Part shown: piece by piece, positions 31,930 to 41,522 of the stretch
How positions within the stretch are numbered: position 1 is the first letter of the stretch
Layout: each line of letters begins with the position of its first letter
Assembly: GCA_965202785.1 (NCBI GenBank)
Contig: OZ241855.1
Span: 288,001-352,000 of the forward strand
Length of the DNA: 64,000 nucleotides
Source of the DNA: Thermodesulfobacteriota bacterium
GTDB taxonomy: Bacteria; Desulfobacterota_D; UBA1144; Nemesobacterales; Nemesobacteraceae
Direction: 5' to 3'
Program-made: the position numbers and the translations under genes
Notes under the pieces: generated by a model
The model's input: the letters and a program-made list of their open reading frames with translations, nothing else
What the model was told of the DNA's origin: nothing
Database searches by the model: none

Positions 31930-33518
31930 TGATGACTACTATCCTGGCTTTTATCTTCGTAATAGGAGTTCTGGTCTTTTTTCACGAACTGGGACATTTT
32001 CTGCTCGCGAAAAGAAGCAATATCAGAGTCGAGAAGTTTTCTCTGGGTTTCGGCCCTAAACTCGTTTCTTTTGTAAGAGGCGAAACGGAATATCTGATTT
32101 CAGCCCTTCCCCTCGGGGGATACGTGAAGATGTACGGTGAGGGCAAGGAAGATAACGTAATTGTCGAAAACGTTTCGGGCACTGAATCGCCACTTGCCTC
32201 AGGGGACAGAATTACCGGGATAAAAGGATTCAATCTTAAGGAATATGCAAGCTGGGAAAGGCTTCTCTACGCACTAAAATCAGACCCGCACCAGGAAAAA
32301 GAACTCGAAGTTGAAAGAGATGGCAAGATCCACACCCTCACCGTCAGCAGCCTGACCCTTTACGATATAGAGGCTTACTACGAAAAGGACTACCACAGGG
32401 GGTTTTCCGGCAAGTCTCTTACAGACAGATTCCTGGTGGTCATAGCGGGGCCGGCTATGAATTTCATAATTCCCTTTTTCTTCATGCCCCTTGTGTTCAT
32501 GTTCGGCATAAGCGTCTCAGGTTATCTGGAAGATCCTCCTGACATAACTTACGTAAAGAAAGACTCTCCCGCCCATCTCTCAGGATTCACCGCGGGCGAC
32601 AGGATACTCAGCATAAACGGAAAAGAAGTCAAAAACTGGAAAGACGTGAACATCGCTGTTCACTCAAATCCCGATTCGCTGCTTGAATTCAAGGTGAAAA
32701 CCGGAAACGAAACCAGAATTCTCACCCTTTTCGCCAAAGCCGGTTCCGATGGCAGAGTAGAGACCGGATTCGCAAGGCCCATAGAAGCAACCATAGCGGA
32801 GGTAACCGAGGGTCTCCCCGCCTGGGGAGCGGGGATACGTCCGGGAGACAGGATCAAGGCGATAGACGGCGTAGAGGTTACGGACTGGAACCATATGTCG
32901 GACATAATAGTTGAAAGCGGTGGCAAGGAGCTTGATTTTACGATTGAGCGTGGTGGAGAAAAGATGCATTTTCGCTTGGCGGCGGAAATGCAAGAAGACA
33001 TCGAACGCTACATAGTCGGCATCACACCAAGCACAGACAGAGTGCTTAAAAAATACGGTTTCTTTGAATCGATTAGCAGGGGAATAGCAGAAGCGGCGCG
33101 TATGACAGTTGAGATTACCATTCTTTTCTTCGGCTTCCTGTTCAAGCTCGTAACAGGGAAAATAGCGCTCGCAACAGCCGGAAAGACGGTCGCGGGGCCG
33201 CTTCTCATCGCCAAGGTATCAGGGGACGTCGCTCAAAGCGGCATATCAAACCTCCTCCAGTTCACCTCGCTTATAAGCATAAATCTCGCGCTCATAAATC
33301 TTCTCCCCATACCGATGCTCGACGGAGGACACCTGCTTTATCTAGCGATTGAGAAAATAAAGAGAAAGCCGCTTAGCATAAAGACCCTCGAAATAACCCA
33401 GCGAATCGGGTTTTCCTTTCTTATTTTCATCATGGCGGCGGCTCTGTATAACGACATTCTCAGGATGCGTGGAGACATATTCTCGCAGTTCGGCAGAATT
33501 CTGGACCTTTTCCGGTAA
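31929..33518 (+). CDS. rseP: RIP metalloprotease RseP with additional PDZ-like insert
   Basis: HELGH, GGYVKM, AGPAMN, two periplasmic PDZ domains, NLLPIPMLDGGH. Confidence 0.93.
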   Translation: MMTTILAFIFVIGVLVFFHELGHFLLAKRSNIRVEKFSLGFGPKLVSFVRGETEYLISALPLGGYVKMYGEGKEDNVIVENVSGTESPLASGDRITGIKGFNLKEYASWERLLYALKSDPHQEKELEVERDGKIHTLTVSSLTLYDIEAYYEKDYHRGFSGKSLTDRFLVVIAGPAMNFIIPFFFMPLVFMFGISVSGYLEDPPDITYVKKDSPAHLSGFTAGDRILSINGKEVKNWKDVNIAVHSNPDSLLEFKVKTGNETRILTLFAKAGSDGRVETGFARPIEATIAEVTEGLPAWGAGIRPGDRIKAIDGVEVTDWNHMSDIIVESGGKELDFTIERGGEKMHFRLAAEMQEDIERYIVGITPSTDRVLKKYGFFESISRGIAEAARMTVEITILFFGFLFKLVTGKIALATAGKTVAGPLLIAKVSGDVAQSGISNLLQFTSLISINLALINLLPIPMLDGGHLLYLAIEKIKRKPLSIKTLEITQRIGFSFLIFIMAAALYNDILRMRGDIFSQFGRILDLFR

Positions 33519-33538
33519 AATTACCTACGAGCAAGCCG

Positions 33539-33967
33539 ATGACCATGGAAAAGGACAGCGAAGAAATACTCAAGATCAACAACCTTTTTTACGAGGCCCT
33601 GGGAACCAGAAATCTAGAGCTAATGGGAGAGGTCTGGGTAAAGGACTCAAGGTCCGGTTGCGTCCACCCGGGATGGACAGCTCTTCGCAACTGGGAAGCC
33701 ATAAGGCAGAGCTGGGAAAGCGTTTTTGACCCTGAGGATCAGGTTGACATCAGCATTTCAAACGTGACCGTGGATATAAACGACAACATCGCTTGGGTTA
33801 CCTGCCTGCAGGAGATGGTATACATAAAAAGGGACCCGGTCATGTTCAATCTCTCTCAGTCAACCAACATATTCGAAAAGCAAAACGGTAGGTGGCTTAT
33901 GATCTTTCATCATGCTTCGCCGATTCCCATAAGGGGTTACGAACCGGAGAAAAAGACCATACAGTAG
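33539..33967 (+). CDS. SnoaL/NTF2-like domain protein
   Basis: NNLFYEAL, CVHPGW, WESVF, TNIFEK..GRWLMIFHHASP. Confidence 0.85.
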   Translation: MTMEKDSEEILKINNLFYEALGTRNLELMGEVWVKDSRSGCVHPGWTALRNWEAIRQSWESVFDPEDQVDISISNVTVDINDNIAWVTCLQEMVYIKRDPVMFNLSQSTNIFEKQNGRWLMIFHHASPIPIRGYEPEKKTIQ

Positions 33968-34020
33968 GTGCTTCTACGCTTCCTCCGCCTCTTGTGGCAA
34001 TAAGTTGAGAGAGGAAAGAC

Positions 34021-34878
34021 CTACCCAGAAACTGGATTTTGATAGTCAGTCTTTTCTAATCTTTCCGGTATTTCTTCAAGAGATCTGGACAATGAGTAAA
34101 TTACTTTTGCTACTAAGGCAGCTCCGACAACCACGTTGAGAACTGGAATACTCAAAGCCGCAAGCAAAATCGCAAATTTTCCAGCTTTGATACCGGTCGC
34201 ACGCAAAGACATCGATTTAAACCGTTCCATAGTAATTTCACCAGAACGGAATCTTTTATACATCTCCATAACTACAAGCGATACCGACAGCAAAGACAGA
34301 ACTGGAAAGAATTCCCAAATAGATGTATTAGCTTCTTCAGAAATCAGTCTATCAACGAATTTTTCTACTCTCACCGTAAGTTCTTGATTTGAAAAACCGG
34401 AGGAGGGAAGATTCAATTCAGATGCAATTTCCTCCGAAACTAAGATTTCGCCATCCGGATATTTATCCATCCATTCTTCAACATAATCTGTGTTGTCAGT
34501 AGTTTTGAGTTGTATTTCCCAACTCTCTCCAGTCTCGTAATCGTTTAAAACAACATCAAACCCCTTATGGTTTGTCTCTGGAAACATCGCCGCAGTGACA
34601 CTGTCACCATCACTGTTTTCAAGACTAACAAACTCCATTTCGTGAAGTATTCCTTTTACGTTGGAAACAACTCCCACTATCTGGTTCTCAGATAGCGCAT
34701 TCAAGTAATCTCGCACGCTATCTATATCTTGAGTTTTGCCTGAATACCTCCTGAATGCCGCAAGAACTGCCTGATCCTGCTCAGTAGATTCAAAACCATC
34801 CCGGATCGCCTGCAGTGATGCTATGATCGCCAATTCATCAAAGTTGGTTTTAAGGAATTTAACAGTTGAACTAATCAT
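34021..34878 (-). CDS. Hypothetical protein with PD-(D/E)XK-like motif and C-terminal TM helices
   Basis: 285 aa from ATG 34878 (SD GGTGAGG, 8-nt overlap with the upstream gene's end); KGILHE...GFD-x14-QLK; two hydrophobic C-terminal segments. Confidence 0.7.
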   Translation of the reverse strand: MISSTVKFLKTNFDELAIIASLQAIRDGFESTEQDQAVLAAFRRYSGKTQDIDSVRDYLNALSENQIVGVVSNVKGILHEMEFVSLENSDGDSVTAAMFPETNHKGFDVVLNDYETGESWEIQLKTTDNTDYVEEWMDKYPDGEILVSEEIASELNLPSSGFSNQELTVRVEKFVDRLISEEANTSIWEFFPVLSLLSVSLVVMEMYKRFRSGEITMERFKSMSLRATGIKAGKFAILLAALSIPVLNVVVGAALVAKVIYSLSRSLEEIPERLEKTDYQNPVSG

Positions 34879-35434
34879 TGCCCTCACCACGAATATCCTT
34901 TGCATGTGCCTCGGCACTTGCCTTGTCCGTAGACTTTTTTCCTTCCTTTTCCCCTTTTTTCCATATATCTCTTATCTGTTCAGGTTTAAGGAGCTGCCCT
35001 TTAGCCTTATGAATAAAATAAGCATCCATAACTCTTCCAATACCGTAGGTCAGTCCGTAGACCAAGGGGATTGTCATGAAACCTCCTAGGAAAGGTAACC
35101 CGGTCTTATATGCCCCGATGGCTAACTGCTGCGCTAAGTAACCAAGACCGACTGCTCCTGAGATCTCCTTTAATGTGGAGATAACATCATTTTTCGTAAC
35201 CGGCAAACCTCTGACTGCCGCAATGCGTGTACCCATGACAATCTGAATAGGAGTAAGAATAAAGATATCCGCAAATGGAATCGGCTGAATCGCAACTCCA
35301 GCACAGATTGCGGCGGTAATTTTAATAATTCTTCCTATTTTTTGGTCATCCGTAATATCTGTTCTATCTTCTATTGCGGTATACTCTTTTTTAAGCTTCT
35401 CAATAGCTTTGTCCATAAAATTCTTTTCACTCAT
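34871..35434 (-). CDS. DUF697/YcjF-like membrane protein
   Basis: AAICAGVAIQPIPFADIFILTPIQIVM...GLTYGIGR pattern characteristic of DUF697. Confidence 0.75.
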   Translation of the reverse strand: MSEKNFMDKAIEKLKKEYTAIEDRTDITDDQKIGRIIKITAAICAGVAIQPIPFADIFILTPIQIVMGTRIAAVRGLPVTKNDVISTLKEISGAVGLGYLAQQLAIGAYKTGLPFLGGFMTIPLVYGLTYGIGRVMDAYFIHKAKGQLLKPEQIRDIWKKGEKEGKKSTDKASAEAHAKDIRGEGND

Positions 35435-35617
35435 TGTTCTTCTTCCTTTCTAATGAATCAACCGCTTCTCGAATAGTCCGTATGCAGTAATCTAGTTTGG
35501 ATATGTTATATCCTTTAGACGTATCTTTTCTAAGCGAACCAATATGTTCTTCAGTCTGAAAACGCAATTCCTTAAGGCATTTATAGCAAGACAAGTGGAG
35601 GAAGAGTTTTTCGCTTT

Positions 35618-36105
35618 TTAACTCATTCTCTCTAGATAAATGGAGGCACCTAGTTTTTCTAGCTGTGCGGCTTTTTTCTTTACCTCGGAAGAAAGCTTCT
35701 TTTTGTACTCCGCTACCGCACGTGAGAGTTCCGGATCGGCAACGGAAAGAATTTCAACTGCAAGGATGCCGGCGTTTTTCGCCCCGCCGAGGCAACCGTG
35801 GCAACCGGAACGCCCGAGGGCATTTATGAGTCCCATTCAATCGAATTTGAGGATTTTATCCCCTTGGGGAAACGGAGGCCACCATTCCCGGAAGATGCGC
35901 CGCACCCCCCGCCCCGGCTATTATGATTTTAATCCCCCTTTTATGAGCTTTTTTTGAAATCCACAAGCCGCTCCGGAGTTCTATGCGCCGAGACTATGGT
36001 AACTTCATGTCCTACTCCGAACTGTTCCAGAATCTCAACCGCTTCCCCCATGACTGGAAGATCCGAGTCAGAGCCCATGATAACGCTTACCAAAACAGGT
36101 TTCAT
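35618..36105 (-). pseudogene. purE: purE (N5-CAIR mutase), disrupted by several deletions/frameshifts
   Basis: ATG 36105 overlaps the purK stop: [28 protein letters not shown] then stop; further fragments [46 protein letters not shown] lie in shifting frames. Confidence 0.85.
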
Positions 36106-37253
36106 GCTATCGCCCTCAGGTTGTTCATTATGAATCTCGCTTTCTCGAGCGCGCCTGAAATATCATCGTCAAGCACGGTGACATGCCCCATCTTTCTGTA
36201 AGGCTTGGTAAGGGTTTTACCGTATATGTGGAACTTGGCTCCTTCAACGCCCATGCATCCACGAAGTCCCTCGTACCTTACTTCGCCCTCGAAACCCGGC
36301 TGCCCGAGAATGTTAATCATAACAGAAGGAGTTTTTATTTCAGTATCCCCCGGGGGAAGATCAAGAATCGATCTCAGACACTGCTCATACTGCGAGGTGC
36401 GAGCCGCGTCAATTGTGTGATGCCCGCTGTTATGCGGTCTCGGAGCGGATTCGTTTATGAGGATATCGCCTTTTTTGGAAACAAACATCTCAACCGCAAG
36501 TATCCCGCACATGTCAAAAGACCTTATCGTGCGCTCGGCAAGTTCACATGCCTGAGCGGACATTGTGTCGTCAAGCTCGCAGGGACTTATCAGGAATTCA
36601 ACTATGTTTGCATTGCTGTTAAACAGCATTTCTACCGGGGGAAAACATTTCGTTTCTCCGGTGGAATTACGCGAGACTATAACGGAAATTTCCTTTTCCA
36701 CATCAACGAGGTCTTCAATAACGGATTCTCCTTCTAAAAGATCGCCGAGCTGTTCCTTTTCTCTGACGACATAAACTCCTCTTCCGTCATAACCCGTCCT
36801 TGAAAGTTTCTGGACGAAAGGAATTTCTATCTCACCGGACCCGACGGCCGCAGCTATAGCTTCTTTCCCCGGAAAGACCGAAAAATCGGCCGTGGGGAGT
36901 CCCTTTGAGACATAGAACTCTTTCTGCTTCGCCTTGTCCTGTATGAGTTCAAGCGCGTGGGGCTCAGGCCTTATTACAACTCCTTCTTCCCGCAGTCGGA
37001 AAAGCGCCTGCAGGTTCACATGCTCAATCTCTATTGTCAGGATGTCAACATTTCTGCCAAACTCGTAGACATCCTCGTAATTCCTGAAATCTCCATGGGT
37101 AAACCCGGTGCACACGGAAGCCGCCGGACAATCAGCGGAAGGATCGAGCACATAGGTGCGGAGGTTCCAGTTGCTCGCAACCAGACAGAGCATTTTCCCG
37201 AGCTGACCGCCTCCGAGAATTCCTAGTTTTACATGTTCAAAATCCATGGCCAT
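36102..37253 (-). CDS. purK: N5-carboxyaminoimidazole ribonucleotide synthase
   Basis: [35 protein letters not shown]. Confidence 0.96.
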   Translation of the reverse strand: MAMDFEHVKLGILGGGQLGKMLCLVASNWNLRTYVLDPSADCPAASVCTGFTHGDFRNYEDVYEFGRNVDILTIEIEHVNLQALFRLREEGVVIRPEPHALELIQDKAKQKEFYVSKGLPTADFSVFPGKEAIAAAVGSGEIEIPFVQKLSRTGYDGRGVYVVREKEQLGDLLEGESVIEDLVDVEKEISVIVSRNSTGETKCFPPVEMLFNSNANIVEFLISPCELDDTMSAQACELAERTIRSFDMCGILAVEMFVSKKGDILINESAPRPHNSGHHTIDAARTSQYEQCLRSILDLPPGDTEIKTPSVMINILGQPGFEGEVRYEGLRGCMGVEGAKFHIYGKTLTKPYRKMGHVTVLDDDISGALEKARFIMNNLRAIA

Positions 37254-37266
37254 TATACGCCGGGAG

Positions 37267-37926
37267 CTACAAGTCAATAATTGAGAGCAGTTCCATCGGA
37301 GTTTCTATAAGATGTTCGGCTCCATTTTCACGAAGCTCATCTCCTGTTCGAAAACCCCAGAGAACTCCCACTGGAAGCATACCCGCCCCGACGGCGGTAA
37401 GCATGTCCACTCCCGAGTCTCCAAGGTAAACCATCTGTGACGAATCAATTCCAAGTTCCCTTGATATCCGCAGCGCTCCTGAGGGATCGGGTTTTCTCGG
37501 AATTTCATCCCTCTGACCTATGACTATCTCGAAATTCCAGTCCGCAAGCAGATCCTCCACGTATTTTTCGGTAAACACGTGCGGCTTGTTGGTAAGAATC
37601 GCCTTTTTCAGACCTCTTTTGGAAAGCTCGTTCAGAAGATCCGGTATGCCGTCATAAAGAGTAGTTTTTACGTTAAAGGCACGGCTGTAGATGCTGTTGA
37701 AATCGGTAAGGCATTTTTCAACGACAGCATCATCGTTTCTTTTGTCCTCGGGGAGGGCCCTGGACACCATGACCTTTGGACCTTTTCCTATAAAGTACTT
37801 GTAGCACCCGTTCGCGCGTGGCGGAAATCCGTTTATTCCGAGCGCCTGATTCACGGCATCAGCAAGATCCTCAAGAGAGTCAATCAGGGTTCCGTCAAGA
37901 TCAAATACAACTGCTCCGTAGCTCAT
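37267..37926 (-). CDS. HAD-family hydrolase (phosphoglycolate phosphatase-like)
   Basis: FDLDGTLIDS, TNK, KPDP, GDSGVD. Confidence 0.9.
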   Translation of the reverse strand: MSYGAVVFDLDGTLIDSLEDLADAVNQALGINGFPPRANGCYKYFIGKGPKVMVSRALPEDKRNDDAVVEKCLTDFNSIYSRAFNVKTTLYDGIPDLLNELSKRGLKKAILTNKPHVFTEKYVEDLLADWNFEIVIGQRDEIPRKPDPSGALRISRELGIDSSQMVYLGDSGVDMLTAVGAGMLPVGVLWGFRTGDELRENGAEHLIETPMELLSIIDL

Positions 37927-38151
37927 AGTCCCGCACTGAATTGTAGAACCTCTAGAATTTCCCGGCCGACCATGTACTTGTCGCTAATTCCCATTTTCGC
38001 CGCTTTTGCTGACTTCAATCTCCGTATCGGTCGGCCGGTTCGCGATCGTTACGCCTTGCTTAACGTCACAGACCGTTATTTTATCTCATGTCGGTCTTTC
38101 ATTCAAAAAGGGGTTCTGTCCGTTATAATAAAACTGCTTGAGGTATACAAT

Positions 38152-39048
38152 ATGAAGGGTAGATACTGTTGCCGATTTTATACCGCGCTGTTTTTTTTCC
38201 TGTTTCTGCTGGCGGGTTGCGGAGGAGAAAACGAATTTGTTTTTGAGGTGGCGAAGATCGGGGAGGGGGAAATTGAAACGGCGAATCCGGAAGGTTCCAC
38301 GGCCCGGAAACTGCACCCCAGAGATTTCGAGATGGAGGAAGACTGGGTTGAAACAACCTGTTCTGTGTATGAGGGTGAAGACCTTCCGCTTCCCGGCGAA
38401 AAGCTGAATAAGAACTTTCTTCTTGACGGGAACTCCGCCTGGAGCTGCGCAAGAAACACGAGATCATTCCGGATCGAAACGGAAATCCGTTTTCACGATG
38501 ACGGAACGTACCGTAACAGGCTAACTAGGTGGGAAATTTCCCTCGCGGACGCGCCGGTTTCCACTCCTCCCGAGCAGGGATGTCACAGGAGAGGAATGCC
38601 CCACAATTCCTCTTGGGAAACAGAAGAATTCGGGTTCGCTTTTGACAGGAGGGGACAATGGGGCGGGGAATGGAGGGTTTATGGCGGGCGTCTTTACTTA
38701 AAGGAAGAGGGTCTTCCCGGCAGACTCAAGTCGTACGCCTTCTCTTTTAACGGAGACGAACCGGCATTAACGCTTGACGACATGGTGGAGACATATTCCG
38801 ACGGATCGTCAATTAATTACCAGGAGGATCTGGAACCTTCTGAATTGAACAGCGAGGAAATAAGGCGGAAGCGGGAAGAACAGCGACGGCAACACGAGCA
38901 GACTGAAGAGTTCAGAAATTGTCTAGATGACTATGTTGGGTCTGAGCTTATAGGGTTTTGCCAGCTAGAGGACCCTCAGCTGTGGAAATCTGAACTCAGG
39001 GACACGGGAACCGAGTGCCGCGTCGCGGGACGAAGCGATATTGACTGA
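38152..39048 (+). CDS. Cys-rich hypothetical lipoprotein
   Basis: MKGRYCC..FFFLFLLAGC lipobox; SD GAGG; lipocalin-like FHDDGTY and GEWRVYGGRLYL; the longer track ORF is an antisense extension over the HAD gene. Confidence 0.65.
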   Translation: MKGRYCCRFYTALFFFLFLLAGCGGENEFVFEVAKIGEGEIETANPEGSTARKLHPRDFEMEEDWVETTCSVYEGEDLPLPGEKLNKNFLLDGNSAWSCARNTRSFRIETEIRFHDDGTYRNRLTRWEISLADAPVSTPPEQGCHRRGMPHNSSWETEEFGFAFDRRGQWGGEWRVYGGRLYLKEEGLPGRLKSYAFSFNGDEPALTLDDMVETYSDGSSINYQEDLEPSELNSEEIRRKREEQRRQHEQTEEFRNCLDDYVGSELIGFCQLEDPQLWKSELRDTGTECRVAGRSDID

Positions 39049-39272
39049 AATCCCGACCCGTAACCGAAAACAATAGAGACTTGGGACACGACGAAAATAT
39101 CGTGAAGAAATTTTCCGGGAAAACACTTTACATACAGTTTTTGAGCGCCGCTCTCGAATAATCGAACCTGTCCGAACCTTTCTAACGGAAGAAACTTCTG
39201 GCACTCTAAAACCAGATTCGACCGGGGAAAACCGAAGGTGTTACTCAAACTGAAAGACCGAGGTATGAACAG

Positions 39273-40601
39273 TTGTCAATAACAGTAATCGGCGCGGGGC
39301 TCGCAGGCGTTGAAGCCGCGAACCAGATATCAAAGTTTGGAGTAAGGGTGACTCTCTATGAAATGAGGCCCCGCAGGAAAACCGCCGCGCACAGAACTTC
39401 GGGTCTCGCGGAGCTTGTGTGCAGCAATTCCCTGAAATCGGCATCCATGGAGAACGCCTCCGGAATACTCAAAGAGGAAATGAAATCTCTAGGTTCGCTT
39501 GTGATCGAGGCGGCCGTGGCGGCCAGGGTTCCTGCCGGAAAAGCTCTTGCGGTAGACAGGGAGATATTCTCGGATTACATAACGCGAAAAATCCAAGGCA
39601 ACGAACTTATAGACTTAAAGAGGGAAGAGGTAACAAAAATACCCGGAGACGGGATCGTGATCGTGGCCACCGGTCCACTCACCTCGGATGCACTTTGCGC
39701 GGAGATCTCCTCGCTCACGGAATCCGAATACCTTTACTTCTACGACGCCATCTCGCCGATAATCGACGCGGATACAATCGACCGCTCGAAAATCTTCAGG
39801 GGATCAAGATATGACCACGGAGACTCAGAAGAGGGGGACTATCTCAACTGTCCGCTCTCTGAGGATCAGTACTACGAGCTTGTGGAGGACCTGGTTCGCG
39901 GAGAAAAAGTGGAGACCAGAGAGTTCGAGAAGGCAATCTACTTCCAAAGCTGCATGCCGGTTGAGGTTATGTGTGAAAGAGGAAAGGATACTCTTAGGTT
40001 CGGCCCCTTAAAACCCGTCGGCCTAGTTGACCCGAGGACCGGGAAAACCCCCTTTGCCGTCCTGCAGCTAAGAACGGAGAACAGCGAGGAAACAATGTAC
40101 AACATGGTGGGATTTCAGACAAAGCTCAGATACCCCCAGCAAAGAGCCGTTTTCAGAAAGGTCCCGGGGCTTGAAAGGGCAGAGTTTCTAAGATACGGAA
40201 GCGTGCACAGAAACACGTACATAGATTCCCCTAGGCTCCTTGAGAAAGACCTTTCCCTGAGTTCCCGTCCAAACGTTTTTTTCGCCGGACAGATCACGGG
40301 AGTTGAAGGATATATCGAGTCCGCCGCAACGGGAATCGTCTGCGGAATAAACGCTTCGAGAAAAGCACTCGGACTCGCACCTGCCTACGTTCCAAGGGAA
40401 ACATCCATAGGTTCCCTGCTTGAGTACATCTCGACCCCCGGAAAAACCGGGTTTCAGCCGATGAACATAAACTTCGGGCTTTTCCCTAAGGTGGAAGGCA
40501 GGATGGGAAAAGAGAAAAAACGCAAACTTATAGCACAAAAGGCCCTTGAGAGCATCGGCGCGTACAGCCCTTACGAGCAGATGAGGTGTCGGAATATTTG
40601 A
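39273..40601 (+). CDS. trmFO: Folate/FAD-dependent tRNA m5U54 methyltransferase
   Basis: VIGAGLAGVEAA, AELVCSNS, FYDAISP, GVEGYIESAA, FQPMNINFG. Confidence 0.96.
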   Translation: MSITVIGAGLAGVEAANQISKFGVRVTLYEMRPRRKTAAHRTSGLAELVCSNSLKSASMENASGILKEEMKSLGSLVIEAAVAARVPAGKALAVDREIFSDYITRKIQGNELIDLKREEVTKIPGDGIVIVATGPLTSDALCAEISSLTESEYLYFYDAISPIIDADTIDRSKIFRGSRYDHGDSEEGDYLNCPLSEDQYYELVEDLVRGEKVETREFEKAIYFQSCMPVEVMCERGKDTLRFGPLKPVGLVDPRTGKTPFAVLQLRTENSEETMYNMVGFQTKLRYPQQRAVFRKVPGLERAEFLRYGSVHRNTYIDSPRLLEKDLSLSSRPNVFFAGQITGVEGYIESAATGIVCGINASRKALGLAPAYVPRETSIGSLLEYISTPGKTGFQPMNINFGLFPKVEGRMGKEKKRKLIAQKALESIGAYSPYEQMRCRNI

Positions 40602-40634
40602 TTCTCATATTTTAATGGTAGTATTTTGCCGGTC

Positions 40635-41522
40635 ATGACATATCAGGAACTTATTCTGGCTCTTCAGGATTACTGGTCATCCAAGGGATGTTTGGTGGTC
40701 CAGCCCTACGACATAGAAAAAGGCGCCGGAACTTTTCATCCGGCCACATTCCTGCGCTGCCTCGGGCCCGAGCCCTGGCATGTGGCATATGTCGAACCTT
40801 CAAGGAGACCGACCGACGGAAGATACGGAGATAATCCCAACAGGCTTCAGCACTACTATCAGTTCCAGGTGATAATAAAACCTTCTCCCGATGATATTCA
40901 GGAACTTTTCCTCGATAGCCTCAAGTCATTCGGAATAAACCCGCTTGAGCACGACATAAGGTTCGTTGAGGATGACTGGGAATCCCCGACGCTCGGAGCG
41001 TGGGGACTTGGGTGGGAGGTTTGGCTTGACGGTATGGAAATAACCCAGTTCACATATTTTCAGCAGGCGGGCGGAATAGATCTTGATCCGATATCGGCCG
41101 AGATAACGTACGGAACCGAAAGAATAGCGATGTACCTTCAGGAAGTTGAAAGCGTTTACGATCTTGAATGGACAAAGGGAATAACGTACGGGGAGATTCA
41201 TCATCAGAGCGAAGTCCAGTTCTCAAAGTACAACTTCGAGGAATCCGATCCCGCGATGCTAAGCGACCTGTTTAACATGTACGAACAGGAATGCAGATCT
41301 CTTATCGAAAAGCAGCTTCCCCTCCCCGCTTACGAATACTGTCTTAAAAGTTCGCACACCTTCAACCTGCTTGACGCGAGAGGGGCGATAGGGGTAGCCG
41401 AGCGGGCCTCATACATAGCGAGGGTAAGGACGCTTGCGAATCTGTGCGCGACTTCATATCTGCAGACCAGAGAAAACCTAGGATTCCCCCTCCTGAAAAA
41501 CAACCCATGGAAAAAGAACTAA
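40635..41522 (+). CDS. glyQ: Glycine--tRNA ligase alpha subunit
   Basis: [40 protein letters not shown]. Confidence 0.98.
   Translation: MTYQELILALQDYWSSKGCLVVQPYDIEKGAGTFHPATFLRCLGPEPWHVAYVEPSRRPTDGRYGDNPNRLQHYYQFQVIIKPSPDDIQELFLDSLKSFGINPLEHDIRFVEDDWESPTLGAWGLGWEVWLDGMEITQFTYFQQAGGIDLDPISAEITYGTERIAMYLQEVESVYDLEWTKGITYGEIHHQSEVQFSKYNFEESDPAMLSDLFNMYEQECRSLIEKQLPLPAYEYCLKSSHTFNLLDARGAIGVAERASYIARVRTLANLCATSYLQTRENLGFPLLKNNPWKKN

Noticed and set aside
33968-34020. Possible integron attC site next to the AT-rich insert
   Set aside because: No convincing RYYYAAC...GTTRRRY pair and no integrase in the window
37579-38151. 5' extension making a 489-aa ORF
   Set aside because: It is antisense to the HAD gene; the real start is the lipoprotein signal peptide at 38152
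39260-39282. Out-of-frame ATG just upstream of trmFO suggesting a frameshift
   Set aside because: TTG 39273 has a well-spaced GAGG SD and gives a complete N-terminal GxGxxG motif
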